DNA of 64,000 nucleotides. Source: Lucifera butyrica. Its GTDB lineage: Bacteria; Bacillota; Negativicutes; Sporomusales; UPPP01. Under the pieces are notes generated by a model. It ran no database searches, was not told the DNA's origin, and saw nothing but the letters and a program-made list of their open reading frames with translations. The stretch is taken from NCBI RefSeq assembly GCF_900476375.1, contig NZ_UPPP01000062.1, positions 8,651 through 72,650 on the forward strand. The letters are read 5' to 3'. Positions 23,156-33,886 of the stretch are shown in pieces. The stretch's first letter is position 1. Each line of letters begins with the position of its first letter. A program made the position numbers and the translations under genes.

Positions 23156-26100
23156 GCGTGCCGAAGAAAGCAAACTTGCGCAAAGTTATGGTTATTGGCT
23201 CGGGGCCGATTGTCATCGGGCAGGCCGCCGAATTTGATTACGCCGGTACCCAAGCCTGCCGCGCCCTTAAGGACGAAGGCCTGGAAGTAGTACTGGTCAA
23301 CAGCAATCCGGCCACGATTATGACGGACGCGAATGTTGCCGATGCCGTCTATATTGAACCCATGACTCCCGAGTTTTTAGAAGAGATAATTTCCCGGGAA
23401 ATGCCGGACGGTCTTTTACCCACTCTGGGCGGGCAGGTTGGTTTGAATTTGGCCGTAGAATTGGCGAAACGGGGAGTACTGGACAAATATCAGGTGGAAT
23501 TGCTGGGCACACCGCTCATCGCGATTGAGAAAGCGGAAGACCGGGAATTATTTAAAGCGGCAATGCAGGCGATCGGCGAACCGGTTCCCGAAAGCAGCAT
23601 TGTCGAAGACATTGAGGCGGCTCAGGCTTTTGCCCGGGAAATCGGCTATCCGTTAATTGTTCGTCCCGCCTATACACTGGGAGGGACCGGCGGCGGCATT
23701 GTTCACAATGATGGCGAACTAAAAGAAGTCGTCAACCGGGGATTGAAGTACAGTTTGATCGGCCAGGTGCTGATCGAACGGAGCGTAGCCGGCTGGAAAG
23801 AGATTGAATACGAAGTGATGCGGGATGCAGCCGATAACTGTATTACCGTTTGCAATATGGAAAATTTTGACCCTGTGGGGATTCATACGGGAGACAGCAT
23901 TGTCGTGGCTCCCTCGCAAACCTTGACCGACCACGAATATCAGATGCTGCGCAGCGCATCACTGCGCATTATCCGGGAGTTGGGCATTGAAGGAGGCTGC
24001 AACGCCCAATTCGCCCTCGATACTGCCAGCAGCCGCTACTATGTCATTGAAGTCAATCCGCGCGTTAGCCGGTCCAGTGCGCTGGCGTCCAAAGCAACGG
24101 GCTATCCCATTGCGAAAGTGGCGACCAAGATCGCAATCGGCTATCGTCTGGATGAAATAGAAAACGCGGTAACAGCCAAGACCATGGCCTGTTTTGAACC
24201 GGCCCTGGATTATGTTGTCGTCAAATTTCCCCGCTGGCCCTTTGATAAATTCACTTTTGCCGACCGGATCTTAGGCACGCAGATGAAAGCGACAGGGGAA
24301 GTCATGGCCATTGACCGCTCCTTCGAAGGAGCCCTCTTAAAAGCCGTCCGGTCCCTGGAGATCGGTCTGAACAGTCTGCTGCTTGCGGAATTTGCCGCTC
24401 TCGCGTCACCGGTTATTAAAGAAAAATTGTCCCTTGCCAATGATGAGCGGCTGTTTGTCATTGCCGAGGCACTGCGCCGGCAGGTCCCGGTAGCGGAAAT
24501 CCATGAAATTACCGGCATTGACTATTTCTTTCTCGAAAAACTGACGGCCATCATTCAGATGGAACAACGGTTAAGCAGGGAAACCCTGACGGCGGAGCTT
24601 TTGCTGGCGGCGAAGAAAATGGGTTTCGCCGATAAAACAATTGGGCAATTGCACGGCCAGAGCGATGATGAAATCAGAGGACTGCGCCAAATGTGGCATA
24701 TTGCCCCGGCCTATAAAATGGTGGATACTTGTGCCGCCGAGTTTGAGGCCGTGACGCCCTACTTTTATTCCACCTATTCGCAAGAGGATGAAGTCCGGCC
24801 TGGTACGGGCCGTAAAGTTCTGGTGCTGGGGTCCGGTCCCATCCGGATTGGCCAGGGGATCGAATTTGATTATTGCTCGGTTCATTCCGTGTGGGCCCTC
24901 AAGGAAATGGGAATTCAGTCGGTGATCATTAACAATAACCCCGAAACCGTCAGTACGGACTTTGACACATCGGACCGGTTATATTTTGAACCACTGACGG
25001 CGGAAGATGTCTTGAACGTGATTGATAAGGAACAGCCGGAGGGTGTGGTTGTCCAGTTTGGCGGTCAGACCGCCATTAATCTGGCGGGAGTTTTAGCCAA
25101 AAAAGGGATAAAAATTCTGGGGACCGGCATTGACGGCATTGATTGTGCCGAGGACCGGGAAAAGTTCGAAATTCTGTTAGGACAACTGGAGATTCCCCGC
25201 CCGGCCGGATTAACCGTGACCAGTACCGGCGCCGCCGCTGCCGCCGCCAATAAGATCGGGTTTCCCGTTGTTGTCCGGCCTTCTTATGTATTGGGCGGCC
25301 GGGCAATGGAGATTGTATACAATGAAGCCGATTTAAATAATTATATGACGTATGCCGTAAAAGCTTCCGACGAGCATCCGGTCCTTTTAGACCGGTATAT
25401 GCAAGGCACGGAAGTGGAGGTCGATGCGATTGCCGACGGTGAGACCGTACTGATTCCGGGAATCATGGAACATATCGAACGGGCGGGTGTTCACTCCGGC
25501 GACAGTATCGCCGTATATCCGCCGCGGTCACTGAGTACGAAAGTAATTGCGACCATTACCGACTATACTAAACGCCTGGCGCTCCGCCTAAACGTCAGGG
25601 GGCTGATTAATATTCAGTATGTCATTGTTGATGAAACTGTGTATGTGCTGGAGGTCAATCCCCGTTCCAGCCGGACGGTGCCTTTCCTGAGCAAAGTAAC
25701 CCGGGTTCCGATGGTCAATGTCGCCACCCGGGTAGCCTTGGGCGAAAGTCTGGCCTCTATGGGCTATCAGTCAGGCCTGCTGCCTGCCGCTCCTTATTAT
25801 GCCGTCAAAGCACCGGTCTTTTCGTTTGCGAAAATGCAGCAGGTTGACATTACGCTGGGACCGGAAATGAAGTCTACCGGCGAGGTCATGGGCATTGATT
25901 ATTTCTTCACCCGGGCTTTATATAAGGCAATTCTGGCGTCGGGCATGAAGCTTCCCCGGGAGGGGACGATCTTATTTACCGTCGCGGATAAGGATAAGGC
26001 GGAAGCGGCCATACTGGCCAAAAGCTTTGCCTCTTTGGGCTATCAATTAGTGGCGACGGATGGCACGGCCAACTATTTTCAAACCGCCGGCCTCCGGGTG

Positions 26101-26406
26101 GAAACGGTGCATAAGGTATGGGAGCGGGGACCGCAAATTATTGACAGAATTAAGGCCGGTAAAATTAACATGGTCATTAATACACTGACCCGCGGCAAAG
26201 AACCGGCGCGGGACGGCTTTAAAATCCGCCGGGCCACGGTGGAACATGCCGTACTTTGTATGACTTCCATGGATACGGCCCGGGCGGTACTGCAAGTTTT
26301 GACAGAAATGCTGGACAGACGGCTGGTTTATGCACTGTCCTTACAAAACTATGTAGGGGGGAAAGAATTCCATGCCCAAAACAGCGGAGCGGATGCCTAT
26401 TACTAA
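23152..26406 (+). CDS. carB: carbamoyl-phosphate synthase large subunit
   Basis: 1084 aa with two ATP-grasp repeats ([24 protein letters not shown] ... [20 protein letters not shown]) and a C-terminal MGS-like domain. Confidence 0.95.
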   Translation: MSVPKKANLRKVMVIGSGPIVIGQAAEFDYAGTQACRALKDEGLEVVLVNSNPATIMTDANVADAVYIEPMTPEFLEEIISREMPDGLLPTLGGQVGLNLAVELAKRGVLDKYQVELLGTPLIAIEKAEDRELFKAAMQAIGEPVPESSIVEDIEAAQAFAREIGYPLIVRPAYTLGGTGGGIVHNDGELKEVVNRGLKYSLIGQVLIERSVAGWKEIEYEVMRDAADNCITVCNMENFDPVGIHTGDSIVVAPSQTLTDHEYQMLRSASLRIIRELGIEGGCNAQFALDTASSRYYVIEVNPRVSRSSALASKATGYPIAKVATKIAIGYRLDEIENAVTAKTMACFEPALDYVVVKFPRWPFDKFTFADRILGTQMKATGEVMAIDRSFEGALLKAVRSLEIGLNSLLLAEFAALASPVIKEKLSLANDERLFVIAEALRRQVPVAEIHEITGIDYFFLEKLTAIIQMEQRLSRETLTAELLLAAKKMGFADKTIGQLHGQSDDEIRGLRQMWHIAPAYKMVDTCAAEFEAVTPYFYSTYSQEDEVRPGTGRKVLVLGSGPIRIGQGIEFDYCSVHSVWALKEMGIQSVIINNNPETVSTDFDTSDRLYFEPLTAEDVLNVIDKEQPEGVVVQFGGQTAINLAGVLAKKGIKILGTGIDGIDCAEDREKFEILLGQLEIPRPAGLTVTSTGAAAAAANKIGFPVVVRPSYVLGGRAMEIVYNEADLNNYMTYAVKASDEHPVLLDRYMQGTEVEVDAIADGETVLIPGIMEHIERAGVHSGDSIAVYPPRSLSTKVIATITDYTKRLALRLNVRGLINIQYVIVDETVYVLEVNPRSSRTVPFLSKVTRVPMVNVATRVALGESLASMGYQSGLLPAAPYYAVKAPVFSFAKMQQVDITLGPEMKSTGEVMGIDYFFTRALYKAILASGMKLPREGTILFTVADKDKAEAAILAKSFASLGYQLVATDGTANYFQTAGLRVETVHKVWERGPQIIDRIKAGKINMVINTLTRGKEPARDGFKIRRATVEHAVLCMTSMDTARAVLQVLTEMLDRRLVYALSLQNYVGGKEFHAQNSGADAYY

Positions 26407-27139
26407 AAACCGGCTGATAAAGAACGGCGTATATGAACTTTCCTTTCACATGCCGCACTGGGCGTACGACGCCAGGCCGGGCCAGTTCGTCCACATCCGG
26501 ATTGCCGATTCCTGTCAGCCCTTATTGCGGCGCCCCTTCAGCATTGCCGGGACGGACGCCGCAACAGGAGAAGTCAGTGTAATTTACCGGGTTGTCGGTC
26601 AGGGAACCAGCTATTTGACGCAATTAAAAGCAGGAGATTTCATCGACTGTCTCGGTCCGCTGGGCCGGCCGTTCGATCTTGAATGTGAGCGGCCGCTCCT
26701 GGTGGGAGGCGGCATGGGACTCGCACCGCTGCTGTTTTTAGCCCGGGTCTTATGCCCGCGGCCGGCGGAAATTCTGATGGGCGGCCGGACCAAGGAGGAA
26801 CTGTTCTGGACTGACCGGTTTGCCACTGTTTGTGAGAACATTCATATCACCACCGACGACGGCAGCCTGGGACAGCGTGGCGTGACTGCCGATGTTCTGC
26901 CAGCCTTATTGGCGGCGAAACAGTTCGACCGCATCTATACCTGCGGCCCTCACGCCATGATGCAGAAAGTGGCTCAATCAGCCCGGCAATTGGCGATTTC
27001 CTGCCAGGTTTCCCTGGAGGAGCCTATGGCCTGCGGGTTGGGCGCCTGCCTGTCCTGCACCTGTGAGGGACAAGACGGCAAACGGCGGAAAGTATGCACC
27101 GACGGACCGGTCTTTTGGTCCTGGGAGGTGGTTTTATGA
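26372..27139 (+). CDS. pyrK: dihydroorotate dehydrogenase electron transfer subunit
   Basis: FAD/NAD ferredoxin-reductase fold with C-terminal CGLGACLSC...C 2Fe-2S motif. Sits between carB and pyrD. Confidence 0.85.
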   Translation: MPKTAERMPITKNRLIKNGVYELSFHMPHWAYDARPGQFVHIRIADSCQPLLRRPFSIAGTDAATGEVSVIYRVVGQGTSYLTQLKAGDFIDCLGPLGRPFDLECERPLLVGGGMGLAPLLFLARVLCPRPAEILMGGRTKEELFWTDRFATVCENIHITTDDGSLGQRGVTADVLPALLAAKQFDRIYTCGPHAMMQKVAQSARQLAISCQVSLEEPMACGLGACLSCTCEGQDGKRRKVCTDGPVFWSWEVVL

Positions 27140-28047
27140 GCCGGCTGCAAGTGGAGATCGCCGGAATCCAAATGAAAACGCCGGTTATGGCGGCGTCGGG
27201 AACATTCGGATTCGGTCTGGAATACGGGGAACTGGTCGATCTCAATCAAGTGGGTGCGATTGTGGTAAAGGGGACAACCCTGAAGCCAAAGCCGGGTAAC
27301 GCGGGGCGGCGGATTGCGGAGACCCCTGCCGGAATGCTCAATGCGATCGGCTTGGAAAATCCCGGCGTGGATGAACTGGTAGCGCAAATTCTGCCCCGCC
27401 TGGCTCCGTATGATGTACCGGTTATCGTTAATATTTCCGGCAACACGGCCGAAGAATACGGCCAACTGGCGTCACGGCTGGATGTGCCGGGGATTGCGGC
27501 GCTGGAAGTGAATATTTCCTGTCCTAACGTCAAACAGGGCGGTCTCGCTTTCGGCACGCAATGCGACAGCGCCGCGGCGGTGGTCAGTGAGGTAAAGCGG
27601 CACAGCCGCCTGCCGGTCATTGTGAAACTGTCGCCTAACGTAACAGATATCGTGGCTGTGGCGCAAGCCGTCGAGGCGGCAGGGGCGGATGCCATTTCGC
27701 TCATTAATACGCTGCTGGGGATGGCGATTAACATTCAGAGCCGCCGCCCCGTTCTGGGAAATATCATGGGCGGATTGTCCGGTCCGGCTGTAAAACCGGT
27801 AGCCGTGCGTATGGTCTGGCAGGTCGCCAGGGCCGTCCGGGTGCCGGTCATTGGTATGGGCGGAATTGTGACAGCGGAAGACGCCGTTGAATTCTTTTTA
27901 GCCGGTGCCCGGGCGGTGGCGATTGGTACGGCTAATTTTGTCAATCCGCGGGCAACCGTGCAGGTGGCGGAAGGGTTGGAGAACTATTTGGCAAGTCAGG
28001 GGTTAACCCACATTAGCCAGTTGGTAGGTCAAGTGATTCTTGAATAA
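27136..28047 (+). CDS. pyrD: dihydroorotate dehydrogenase catalytic subunit (class 1B)
   Basis: [15 protein letters not shown] and GGI motifs. Start set at the ATG behind GGGAGGTGG. Confidence 0.9.
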   Translation: MSRLQVEIAGIQMKTPVMAASGTFGFGLEYGELVDLNQVGAIVVKGTTLKPKPGNAGRRIAETPAGMLNAIGLENPGVDELVAQILPRLAPYDVPVIVNISGNTAEEYGQLASRLDVPGIAALEVNISCPNVKQGGLAFGTQCDSAAAVVSEVKRHSRLPVIVKLSPNVTDIVAVAQAVEAAGADAISLINTLLGMAINIQSRRPVLGNIMGGLSGPAVKPVAVRMVWQVARAVRVPVIGMGGIVTAEDAVEFFLAGARAVAIGTANFVNPRATVQVAEGLENYLASQGLTHISQLVGQVILE

Positions 28048-28068
28048 TTACCAAAGGAGGACCTCGGG

Positions 28069-28785
28069 GTGAACGACAAACGGCTGATTGTTGCATTGGA
28101 TGTAGCGACCATGGCCAAAGCCAGGGCTTTGGTGGATGAGCTTGGTGACAGCGTTACTTATTACAAAGTGGGCATGGAACTTTTTTATAGTGTTGGCGGT
28201 GAGATTGTCCGCTTCTTGCGGAATGCCGGCAAGGAAGTATTTCTGGATTTAAAATTGCATGATATACCGAATACGGTGGCCCAGGGGACGGCCAGGCTGA
28301 CCCGGCTGGGAGCCTCCATTCTGAATGTGCATGCCGCCGGCGGCCGGACCATGATGAGAGCGGCGGCCATTGCTGTTACCGATGCGGCGACCACGCTGGG
28401 CATAGCCAAACCGAAATTGATCGCCATTACCATCCTGACGAGTATGGACCGGGAGGAATGGACCCATATGCATCCCGGCTCGGACATCGCCGGGCAAGTC
28501 CAGTTGCTGGCCAGGATGGCCCAGGAGGCCGGCCTCGACGGTGTGGTTGCTTCACCGCAGGAAGCGGGAAAAATCCGGGCCGTCTGTGGTCAGGATTTTC
28601 TCATTGTGACCCCGGGAATCCGGCCGCAGGGGGCGGCGCTGAATGACCAGAGCCGTACGGCGACGCCGGAATTTGCTTTGAGTCAGGGGGCGGACTATAT
28701 CGTAGTGGGACGTCCCATTACCAAAGCGGATAACCCCCGTGAGGCGGCGGAACAAATATTGCAGGAAATGAGGCGAAGCCAATGA
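28069..28785 (+). CDS. pyrF: orotidine 5'-phosphate decarboxylase
   Basis: LIVALDV...DLKLHDIPNT catalytic Asp/Lys motif. Confidence 0.9.
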   Translation: MNDKRLIVALDVATMAKARALVDELGDSVTYYKVGMELFYSVGGEIVRFLRNAGKEVFLDLKLHDIPNTVAQGTARLTRLGASILNVHAAGGRTMMRAAAIAVTDAATTLGIAKPKLIAITILTSMDREEWTHMHPGSDIAGQVQLLARMAQEAGLDGVVASPQEAGKIRAVCGQDFLIVTPGIRPQGAALNDQSRTATPEFALSQGADYIVVGRPITKADNPREAAEQILQEMRRSQ

Positions 28786-29354
28786 AGGAAACGGATGTAA
28801 AAAAACTGCTGTTAGACACGGGTGCTATTTTAGAGGGACACTTTTTGCTGACTTCCGGTTTGCACAGTCCCCTGTACGTTGAAAAATTTCAGGTCCTGCA
28901 GTATCCGGAACATACGGCCAGACTTTGTGCGGCCCTGGCGGACCGGTTCCGGTCCGAACAGGTCGAATTAGTCATCGGCCCGGTAACGGGCGGTATTATT
29001 CTGGCCCATGAAGTGGGTAAAAATCTGGGTACCAGGGCTATTTTCACGGAACGGGAAAACGGCAAGATGGCTTTGCGGCGGGGCTTTGTCATTAACCCGG
29101 GCGAACGGGTGCTGATCGTGGAAGATATTGTAACAACCGGCGGCTCGGTGCAGGAAGTAATTGATGTAGTCCGTACCCTGGGCGGCAACCCGGTTGGTGT
29201 GGGCATGCTGGTAGACCGGAGCGGCGGGAAGGCTGATTTTGGGATTCCGGCAAAATCGCTGCTACAGCTTGATGTACCTACCTACCGGCCGGAGGAGTGT
29301 CCGTTATGCCGGACCGGAGTGGCTCTGACCAAGCGGGGCAGCCGGAAGTTATAA
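28782..29354 (+). CDS. pyrE: orotate phosphoribosyltransferase
   Basis: PRPP-binding motif VLIVEDIVTTGGS. Confidence 0.9.
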   Translation: MKETDVKKLLLDTGAILEGHFLLTSGLHSPLYVEKFQVLQYPEHTARLCAALADRFRSEQVELVIGPVTGGIILAHEVGKNLGTRAIFTERENGKMALRRGFVINPGERVLIVEDIVTTGGSVQEVIDVVRTLGGNPVGVGMLVDRSGGKADFGIPAKSLLQLDVPTYRPEECPLCRTGVALTKRGSRKL

Positions 29355-29519
29355 TTATACATAATATCGCCGGTATTCTGGTGATGAATAAAAATAAAAA
29401 AGATAGTAAAACATTGAATAAGGAAGAAAATCGCGATATGTAAGCTTATAAACCATTTAAATATCCGTTTTTTTCTGTTGCTGAAATGGAAGAATCATGA
29501 TAACATAATATCCTGAAAC

Positions 29520-29595
29520 GGCCCGGTGGTGTAGTGGTTAACATGCCGCCCTGTCACGGCGGAGATCGAGGGTTCAAGTCCCTTCCGGGTCGCCA
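29520..29595 (+). tRNA. tRNA-Asp (GTC)
   Basis: Cloverleaf folded by hand: acceptor GGCCCGG/CCGGGTC, anticodon loop CTGTCAC, T-loop GTTCAAG, 3' CCA encoded. Confidence 0.85.
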
Positions 29596-29600
29596 TCGGT

Positions 29601-29675
29601 GCGGAAGTAGCTCAGTGGTAGAGCATCGCCTTGCCAAGGCGAGGGTCGCGAGTTCGAATCTCGTTTTCCGCTCCA
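29601..29675 (+). tRNA. tRNA-Gly (GCC)
   Basis: Acceptor GCGGAAG/TTTCCGC, anticodon loop TTGCCAA, T-loop TTCGAAT, CCA encoded. Confidence 0.85.
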
Positions 29676-29678
29676 AAC

Positions 29679-29754
29679 AGGGGTATAGCTCAATTGGTAG
29701 AGTAGCGGTCTCCAAAACCGTTGGTTGAGGGTTCAAGTCCTTCTGCCCCTGCCA
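29679..29754 (+). tRNA. tRNA-Trp (CCA)
   Basis: Acceptor AGGGGTA/TGCCCCT, anticodon loop CTCCAAA, T-loop GTTCAAG, CCA encoded. Confidence 0.85.
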
Positions 29755-29867
29755 GTGAAAAAACAGGGAATTCCTCAAACCGGGGAGTTTCTTTTTATTC
29801 TTTTCTAGACTATCTGGACATTTGCCAGGTAAGTTGGTATAATAATATAGTTAAGATTATTATTAAT

Positions 29868-29942
29868 GGCGACATAGCCAAGTGTTAAGGCAAAGGTCTG
29901 CAGAACCTTGATCCCCTGGTTCAAATCCGGGTGTCGCCTCCA
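29868..29942 (+). tRNA. tRNA-Cys (GCA)
   Basis: Acceptor GGCGACA/TGTCGCC, anticodon loop CTGCAGA, CCA encoded. Confidence 0.85.
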
Positions 29943-29943
29943 T

Positions 29944-30019
29944 AGGGGTATAGCTCAATTGGTAGAGTAGCGGTCTCCAAAACCGTTGGTTGAGGGTTCA
30001 AGTCCTTCTGCCCCTGCCA
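29944..30019 (+). tRNA. tRNA-Trp (CCA), second identical copy
   Basis: Identical to 29679-29754. The downstream terminator module is also duplicated. Confidence 0.85.
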
Positions 30020-30025
30020 GAAAAA

Positions 30026-30062
30026 AACAGGGAATTCCTCAAGCCGGGGAATTCCTTTTTAT
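30026..30062 (+). terminator. rho-independent terminator of tRNA cluster 1
   Basis: GGGAATTCCtcaagccGGGGAATTCC followed by TTTTTATT. A degenerate copy lies at 29762-29800. Confidence 0.7.
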
Positions 30063-30126
30063 TATTTCTAGTGAAGCTGGGTTGTCTCAATAGTGAACAG
30101 GAGAATGGAATTTGGGAGATGATGGA

Positions 30127-30708
30127 ATGAAAGTAGTTGGTATTAATGGCAGTGCCCGCAAAGACGGAAATACGGCAATTTTAATCCGGACTGTGTTTCA
30201 CGAACTGGAGGAGCAAGGAATTGAAACGGAACTGATTCAGCTATCTGGACAGGTTATAAAAGGCTGTACGGCATGTTGGGCTTGTCAGAAATTAAAAAAT
30301 AAGCAATGTGCGGTAAGGGACGATTTTTTTAATACGTGCTTTGCCAAGATGGCGGCAGCAGACGGGATTATTCTGGGTTCCCCGGTATATGCCGCCGGAG
30401 TGACGGCCCAAATAAAAGCGCTGATTGACCGGGCCAGTGTTGTATTGTCAGTGAACCAGGGGCTTTTTAAACATAAAGTGGGGGCGGCAGTGGTTGCTGC
30501 CCGGCGGGGTGGTGCAATTGGTGCCTTTGATACACTGAATCATTTTTTACACAGCAAAGAGATGTTTCTTGTCGGTTCAAGCTATTGGAATATGGTGTAT
30601 GGCAAAGATACCGGTGAAGTTGAACAGGATGAAGAAGGGATTGCCAATATGATAAATCTCGGACAGAATATGGCCTGGCTTTTAAAGAAAATTCGCAGCG
30701 ATGCCTGA
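30127..30708 (+). CDS. iron-sulfur flavoprotein (Isf-like, NADPH-dependent FMN reductase fold)
   Basis: Flavodoxin-like N-terminus (KVVGINGSARKDGNT) plus compact cysteine motif CTACWACQKLKNKQC (CX2CX2CX7C), as in Isf. Confidence 0.7.
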   Translation: MKVVGINGSARKDGNTAILIRTVFHELEEQGIETELIQLSGQVIKGCTACWACQKLKNKQCAVRDDFFNTCFAKMAAADGIILGSPVYAAGVTAQIKALIDRASVVLSVNQGLFKHKVGAAVVAARRGGAIGAFDTLNHFLHSKEMFLVGSSYWNMVYGKDTGEVEQDEEGIANMINLGQNMAWLLKKIRSDA

Positions 30709-30757
30709 AACGTTTGACTGTAAGTTATATGATTTATATATGCTGGTGTGAAATTAA

Positions 30758-30795
30758 AAAATAAACGGCGTTCTCAGACGTCGTTTATTTTTTTT
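30758..30795 (+). terminator. rho-independent terminator
   Basis: aaacggcgttctcagacgtcgttt followed by a T-run. Confidence 0.6.
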
Positions 30796-30956
30796 AGGGT
30801 GAGGTACGACTATTTTATCGATTTTTATCATTTTTTATCAATAAAGGATCGAAAAAAGAAGGTGTTTTTATAATTGCCAATAATGTATTAATAATAAGGC
30901 GCATATACTTTAAAAAGAGAAAGCAGCCTTTTAATGAATAGCAAAGGAGCGAAAAT

Positions 30957-33044
30957 ATGCACGGTATTGAATTCATCCCGGGTATTATTGGAATGGGGGG
31001 AGGGACTGTGATTTTACTTGGCTTAGTAGTATTGATGCTAATACTCATTATAGTCAAGTCCGTAGTAATTGTCGGCGGCAATGAAATCGCAGTCCTGGAA
31101 CGAAAGTATTTTGGCAAGGCAATGCCCCAGGGGCGGGTACTTGCGCAGGAAGGTGAGATCGGAATCCAGGCAAGGACGTTAGGACCCGGACTGCATTTTT
31201 TAATTCCCTTTCTTTATGAAGCGAGAAAACAGTCATTCACTTTGATTAAGGAAGCTGAAGTCGGGCTGGTAGAGAGTATTGACGGGAATTCCATACCGCC
31301 GGGAAAAATTTTCGGACGTACGGTCGACGGGCATAATACCTTTCAAGACGGACCGGCATTTTTGGCGAACGGCGGGGAGAAAGGACCGCAGATTCCGGTA
31401 ATTCCGGCAGGAACTTACCGAATTAACCCCTTCCTTTTCAAAGTAAGAGTTGTTCCGGTTACCATAGTGCCGGCCGGTTATATTGGAATCGTTACTTCCA
31501 TGGATGGCCGGCAAATCCAGCCAGGGCGTCTTTTGGCGGAGCGGATTGCCAATCATTCGACCTTTGAAGACGGCCAGACTTTTCTGGATCAAGGCGGGCA
31601 GCGGGGACCTCAGATCGATATTCTTCTGCCCGGGACCTATCGTATTAATACGGATTTATTTAAAATAGAGTTAAAAGAGGCGACAGTGATTCCGGCCAAT
31701 AAGGTTGGCCTGATTACGGCCAGGGATGGAAAACCGTTGCCGGAGCAAGAGTTTGTTGCCAGTCCGATTGCGGGACACCGCGATTTTCAGGATGCGTCGG
31801 CCTTCCTGGCAAATGGCGGACAGCGGGGACCCCAGCTTGATGTGTTAAAGCCGGGAACCTATTATATTAATCCCCTGATGTTTGTCGTTTCGCTGGATGA
31901 TGTTGCTGTGATTGAGCGGGGACAGGTTGCCGTAGTGGTTTCCAATGTGGGAGAAGAGCCGGTACAAGTTAAGCAGGCGGTAACGGAAAGTGAAACAGAC
32001 GGAAAACTGTCCGAAAAGGCGCAACATGACCTCGAAGGGCGGCTGCGGCAGGGAATTGAACGCTATGTAGTTCCCAAAGGGTTCCGGGGGATTCAGCAGG
32101 AAGTCGTCGGACCGGGCACTTATTACTTAAACCGCATGGCCTTTCATGCTTATACGATCGATACGACCAATATTACGATTGATTGGGATGAAAACAGGGA
32201 AACCCGGTTTGACCCGCTAAAAGTAGTTTCCAAAGATGGTTTTGAGATGGGGATATCCGTCAAAGTCATTATCCGGGTAAGACCGGATCAGGCGCCGTAT
32301 ATGGTCGCAAAGATTGGTTCCATTGATAATCTGATTAATCATGTAATTCATCCGATGATTGACAGTTCTTTCCGAAACCAGGCATCTTCGACTTCCGCCA
32401 TGAACTTTATGCAAGACAGGCAGAGTGAGCAAAGAAAGGCGGAAGATGCGATAAGGATAGAACTGGAACGGTATCATGTGGAATGTGTCAGTGTATTAAT
32501 CTGTCAGATTAATCTGCCGCAAGAACTTATGAAAACTCAGACCGAGCGGATCATTGCCGAACAGCAGATGGAAATGTACAATTCCCAGCAGCAAGCGGAA
32601 TCTAAACGGATCGCTACGGAAAAAACGCGGGCGGAAGCAGATCAGCAGAAGAATCTTGTGGAAGCGGAAATTGGCGTTAAGATTGCTGCGCAGAATAAAG
32701 AGAAAGCCATCCGGTTTGCGGAAGGAGAAGCCGAGGCCATCCGGCTTAAAAAGGAAGGAGAAGCCAAGGGAATTGCGGCAGTGGGTAAAGCCGAAGGTGA
32801 ACGAATCCTGGCAATCGGTAAAGCGACAGCGGAAGCTTATGAACTGCAAAATAAGGCAATCGGTGAGCAAGGCGTTGTTGCCATTGAGATTTCCAAACAG
32901 ATTGCCGCCGGCAATATCAAGGTGACACCTGATTTCCTGGTACAGGGCAATGAAAATTTGGGAGGACTTCTTTCTGCGTACCTGACCCGGCATATGGCTG
33001 GTCAGGCTAAGTCCGATAAACCTGTAACCGTGCAGGAAGCCTAG
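30957..33044 (+). CDS. SPFH/band-7 (flotillin-like) membrane protein with three N-terminal ~60-aa tandem repeats and a C-terminal EA-rich coiled coil
   Basis: N-terminal TM helix. Three repeats of the pattern xGxxxFQDGxxFLxxGGxRGPQxxxLxPGTYRINxxLFK. SPFH core near 32180-32420. C-terminal AEAEAIRLKKEGEAKG flotillin-type repeats. Confidence 0.75.
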   Translation: MHGIEFIPGIIGMGGGTVILLGLVVLMLILIIVKSVVIVGGNEIAVLERKYFGKAMPQGRVLAQEGEIGIQARTLGPGLHFLIPFLYEARKQSFTLIKEAEVGLVESIDGNSIPPGKIFGRTVDGHNTFQDGPAFLANGGEKGPQIPVIPAGTYRINPFLFKVRVVPVTIVPAGYIGIVTSMDGRQIQPGRLLAERIANHSTFEDGQTFLDQGGQRGPQIDILLPGTYRINTDLFKIELKEATVIPANKVGLITARDGKPLPEQEFVASPIAGHRDFQDASAFLANGGQRGPQLDVLKPGTYYINPLMFVVSLDDVAVIERGQVAVVVSNVGEEPVQVKQAVTESETDGKLSEKAQHDLEGRLRQGIERYVVPKGFRGIQQEVVGPGTYYLNRMAFHAYTIDTTNITIDWDENRETRFDPLKVVSKDGFEMGISVKVIIRVRPDQAPYMVAKIGSIDNLINHVIHPMIDSSFRNQASSTSAMNFMQDRQSEQRKAEDAIRIELERYHVECVSVLICQINLPQELMKTQTERIIAEQQMEMYNSQQQAESKRIATEKTRAEADQQKNLVEAEIGVKIAAQNKEKAIRFAEGEAEAIRLKKEGEAKGIAAVGKAEGERILAIGKATAEAYELQNKAIGEQGVVAIEISKQIAAGNIKVTPDFLVQGNENLGGLLSAYLTRHMAGQAKSDKPVTVQEA

Positions 33045-33090
33045 AAAAACTCCCGCCGGATTCTTCCATGAATCCGGCGGGAGTTTTTTG
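33045..33090. terminator. bidirectional rho-independent terminator
   Basis: aaaaactcccgccggattcttccatgaatccggcgggagtttttt. A/T runs on both sides, between convergent genes. Confidence 0.8.
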
Positions 33091-33091
33091 C

Positions 33092-33880
33092 TCATTTCCT
33101 TCCCCGCACTTCCTCCCGTAATGCCAGCCAAATCTGCTGATACAGCTCATTATACCGTCCCAGGGTCCGAATGGTAGCGATATCCCGGGGACGGGGCAGG
33201 TCAATATCAATAATTGTTTTTACGGTTCCCGGATGAGCGCTCATGACCATAACCCGGTCACCCAGACAGAGGGCTTCGTCAATGCTGTGAGTAATAAAAA
33301 CCGTTGTTTTGCCGCTTCCTTCCCAAATGCGCAGTAATTCCTGCTGCAGGAGAATGCGGTTTTGTTCGTCAAGGGCACCAAAGGGTTCGTCCATCAGTAA
33401 AATTTCCGGGTCATTGGCAAACGCTCTGGCTACACTGACCCGCTGTTTCATGCCACCGGACAATTGGGCCGGATAGGCATTGGCAAATTGGGACAGTCCG
33501 ATCATGCCAATGTAGTGGCGGGCAATTTCCCGGCGGATTTTTTTGGCTACGCCGCGCATTCGCAAGCCATACTCCACATTATTTTCTACTGTCATCCAGG
33601 GGAAAATGGATTGTTCCTGAAAGACCATGGAATTGACCGGCCGGCCGCAATCACCGGCTGTAATTGACACATTGCCGGAAGAGGATTTATCCAGGCCGGC
33701 CAGAATTCGCAGCAACGTTGTTTTGCCGCAGCCGCTGGGACCCACAATGCAAAAAAATTCTCCTTCGCCAATGGAAAGTGTAATATTTTGAAGAGCCGCA
33801 ATGGGGCCCGCCGGCGTGGAAAATAGTTTGTTAACGTTTTGTATCCGGATGCTTTCTGTCGCATAGATCATGGTGGCCAT
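33092..33880 (-). CDS. ABC transporter ATP-binding protein (NitT/TauT family; sulfonate/nitrate/taurine type)
   Basis: Walker A GPSGCGKTT, signature LSGGMKQRV, Walker B LLMDEP. Confidence 0.85.
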   Translation of the reverse strand: MATMIYATESIRIQNVNKLFSTPAGPIAALQNITLSIGEGEFFCIVGPSGCGKTTLLRILAGLDKSSSGNVSITAGDCGRPVNSMVFQEQSIFPWMTVENNVEYGLRMRGVAKKIRREIARHYIGMIGLSQFANAYPAQLSGGMKQRVSVARAFANDPEILLMDEPFGALDEQNRILLQQELLRIWEGSGKTTVFITHSIDEALCLGDRVMVMSAHPGTVKTIIDIDLPRPRDIATIRTLGRYNELYQQIWLALREEVRGRK

Positions 33881-33886
33881 CTCCGC

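Noticed and set aside
29554-29778. 74-aa ORF (minus) and 64-aa ORF (plus) across the tRNA cluster; likewise 37191-37561 ORFs
   Set aside because: They are translations of tRNA genes (sequence encodes perfect cloverleafs); no RBS.
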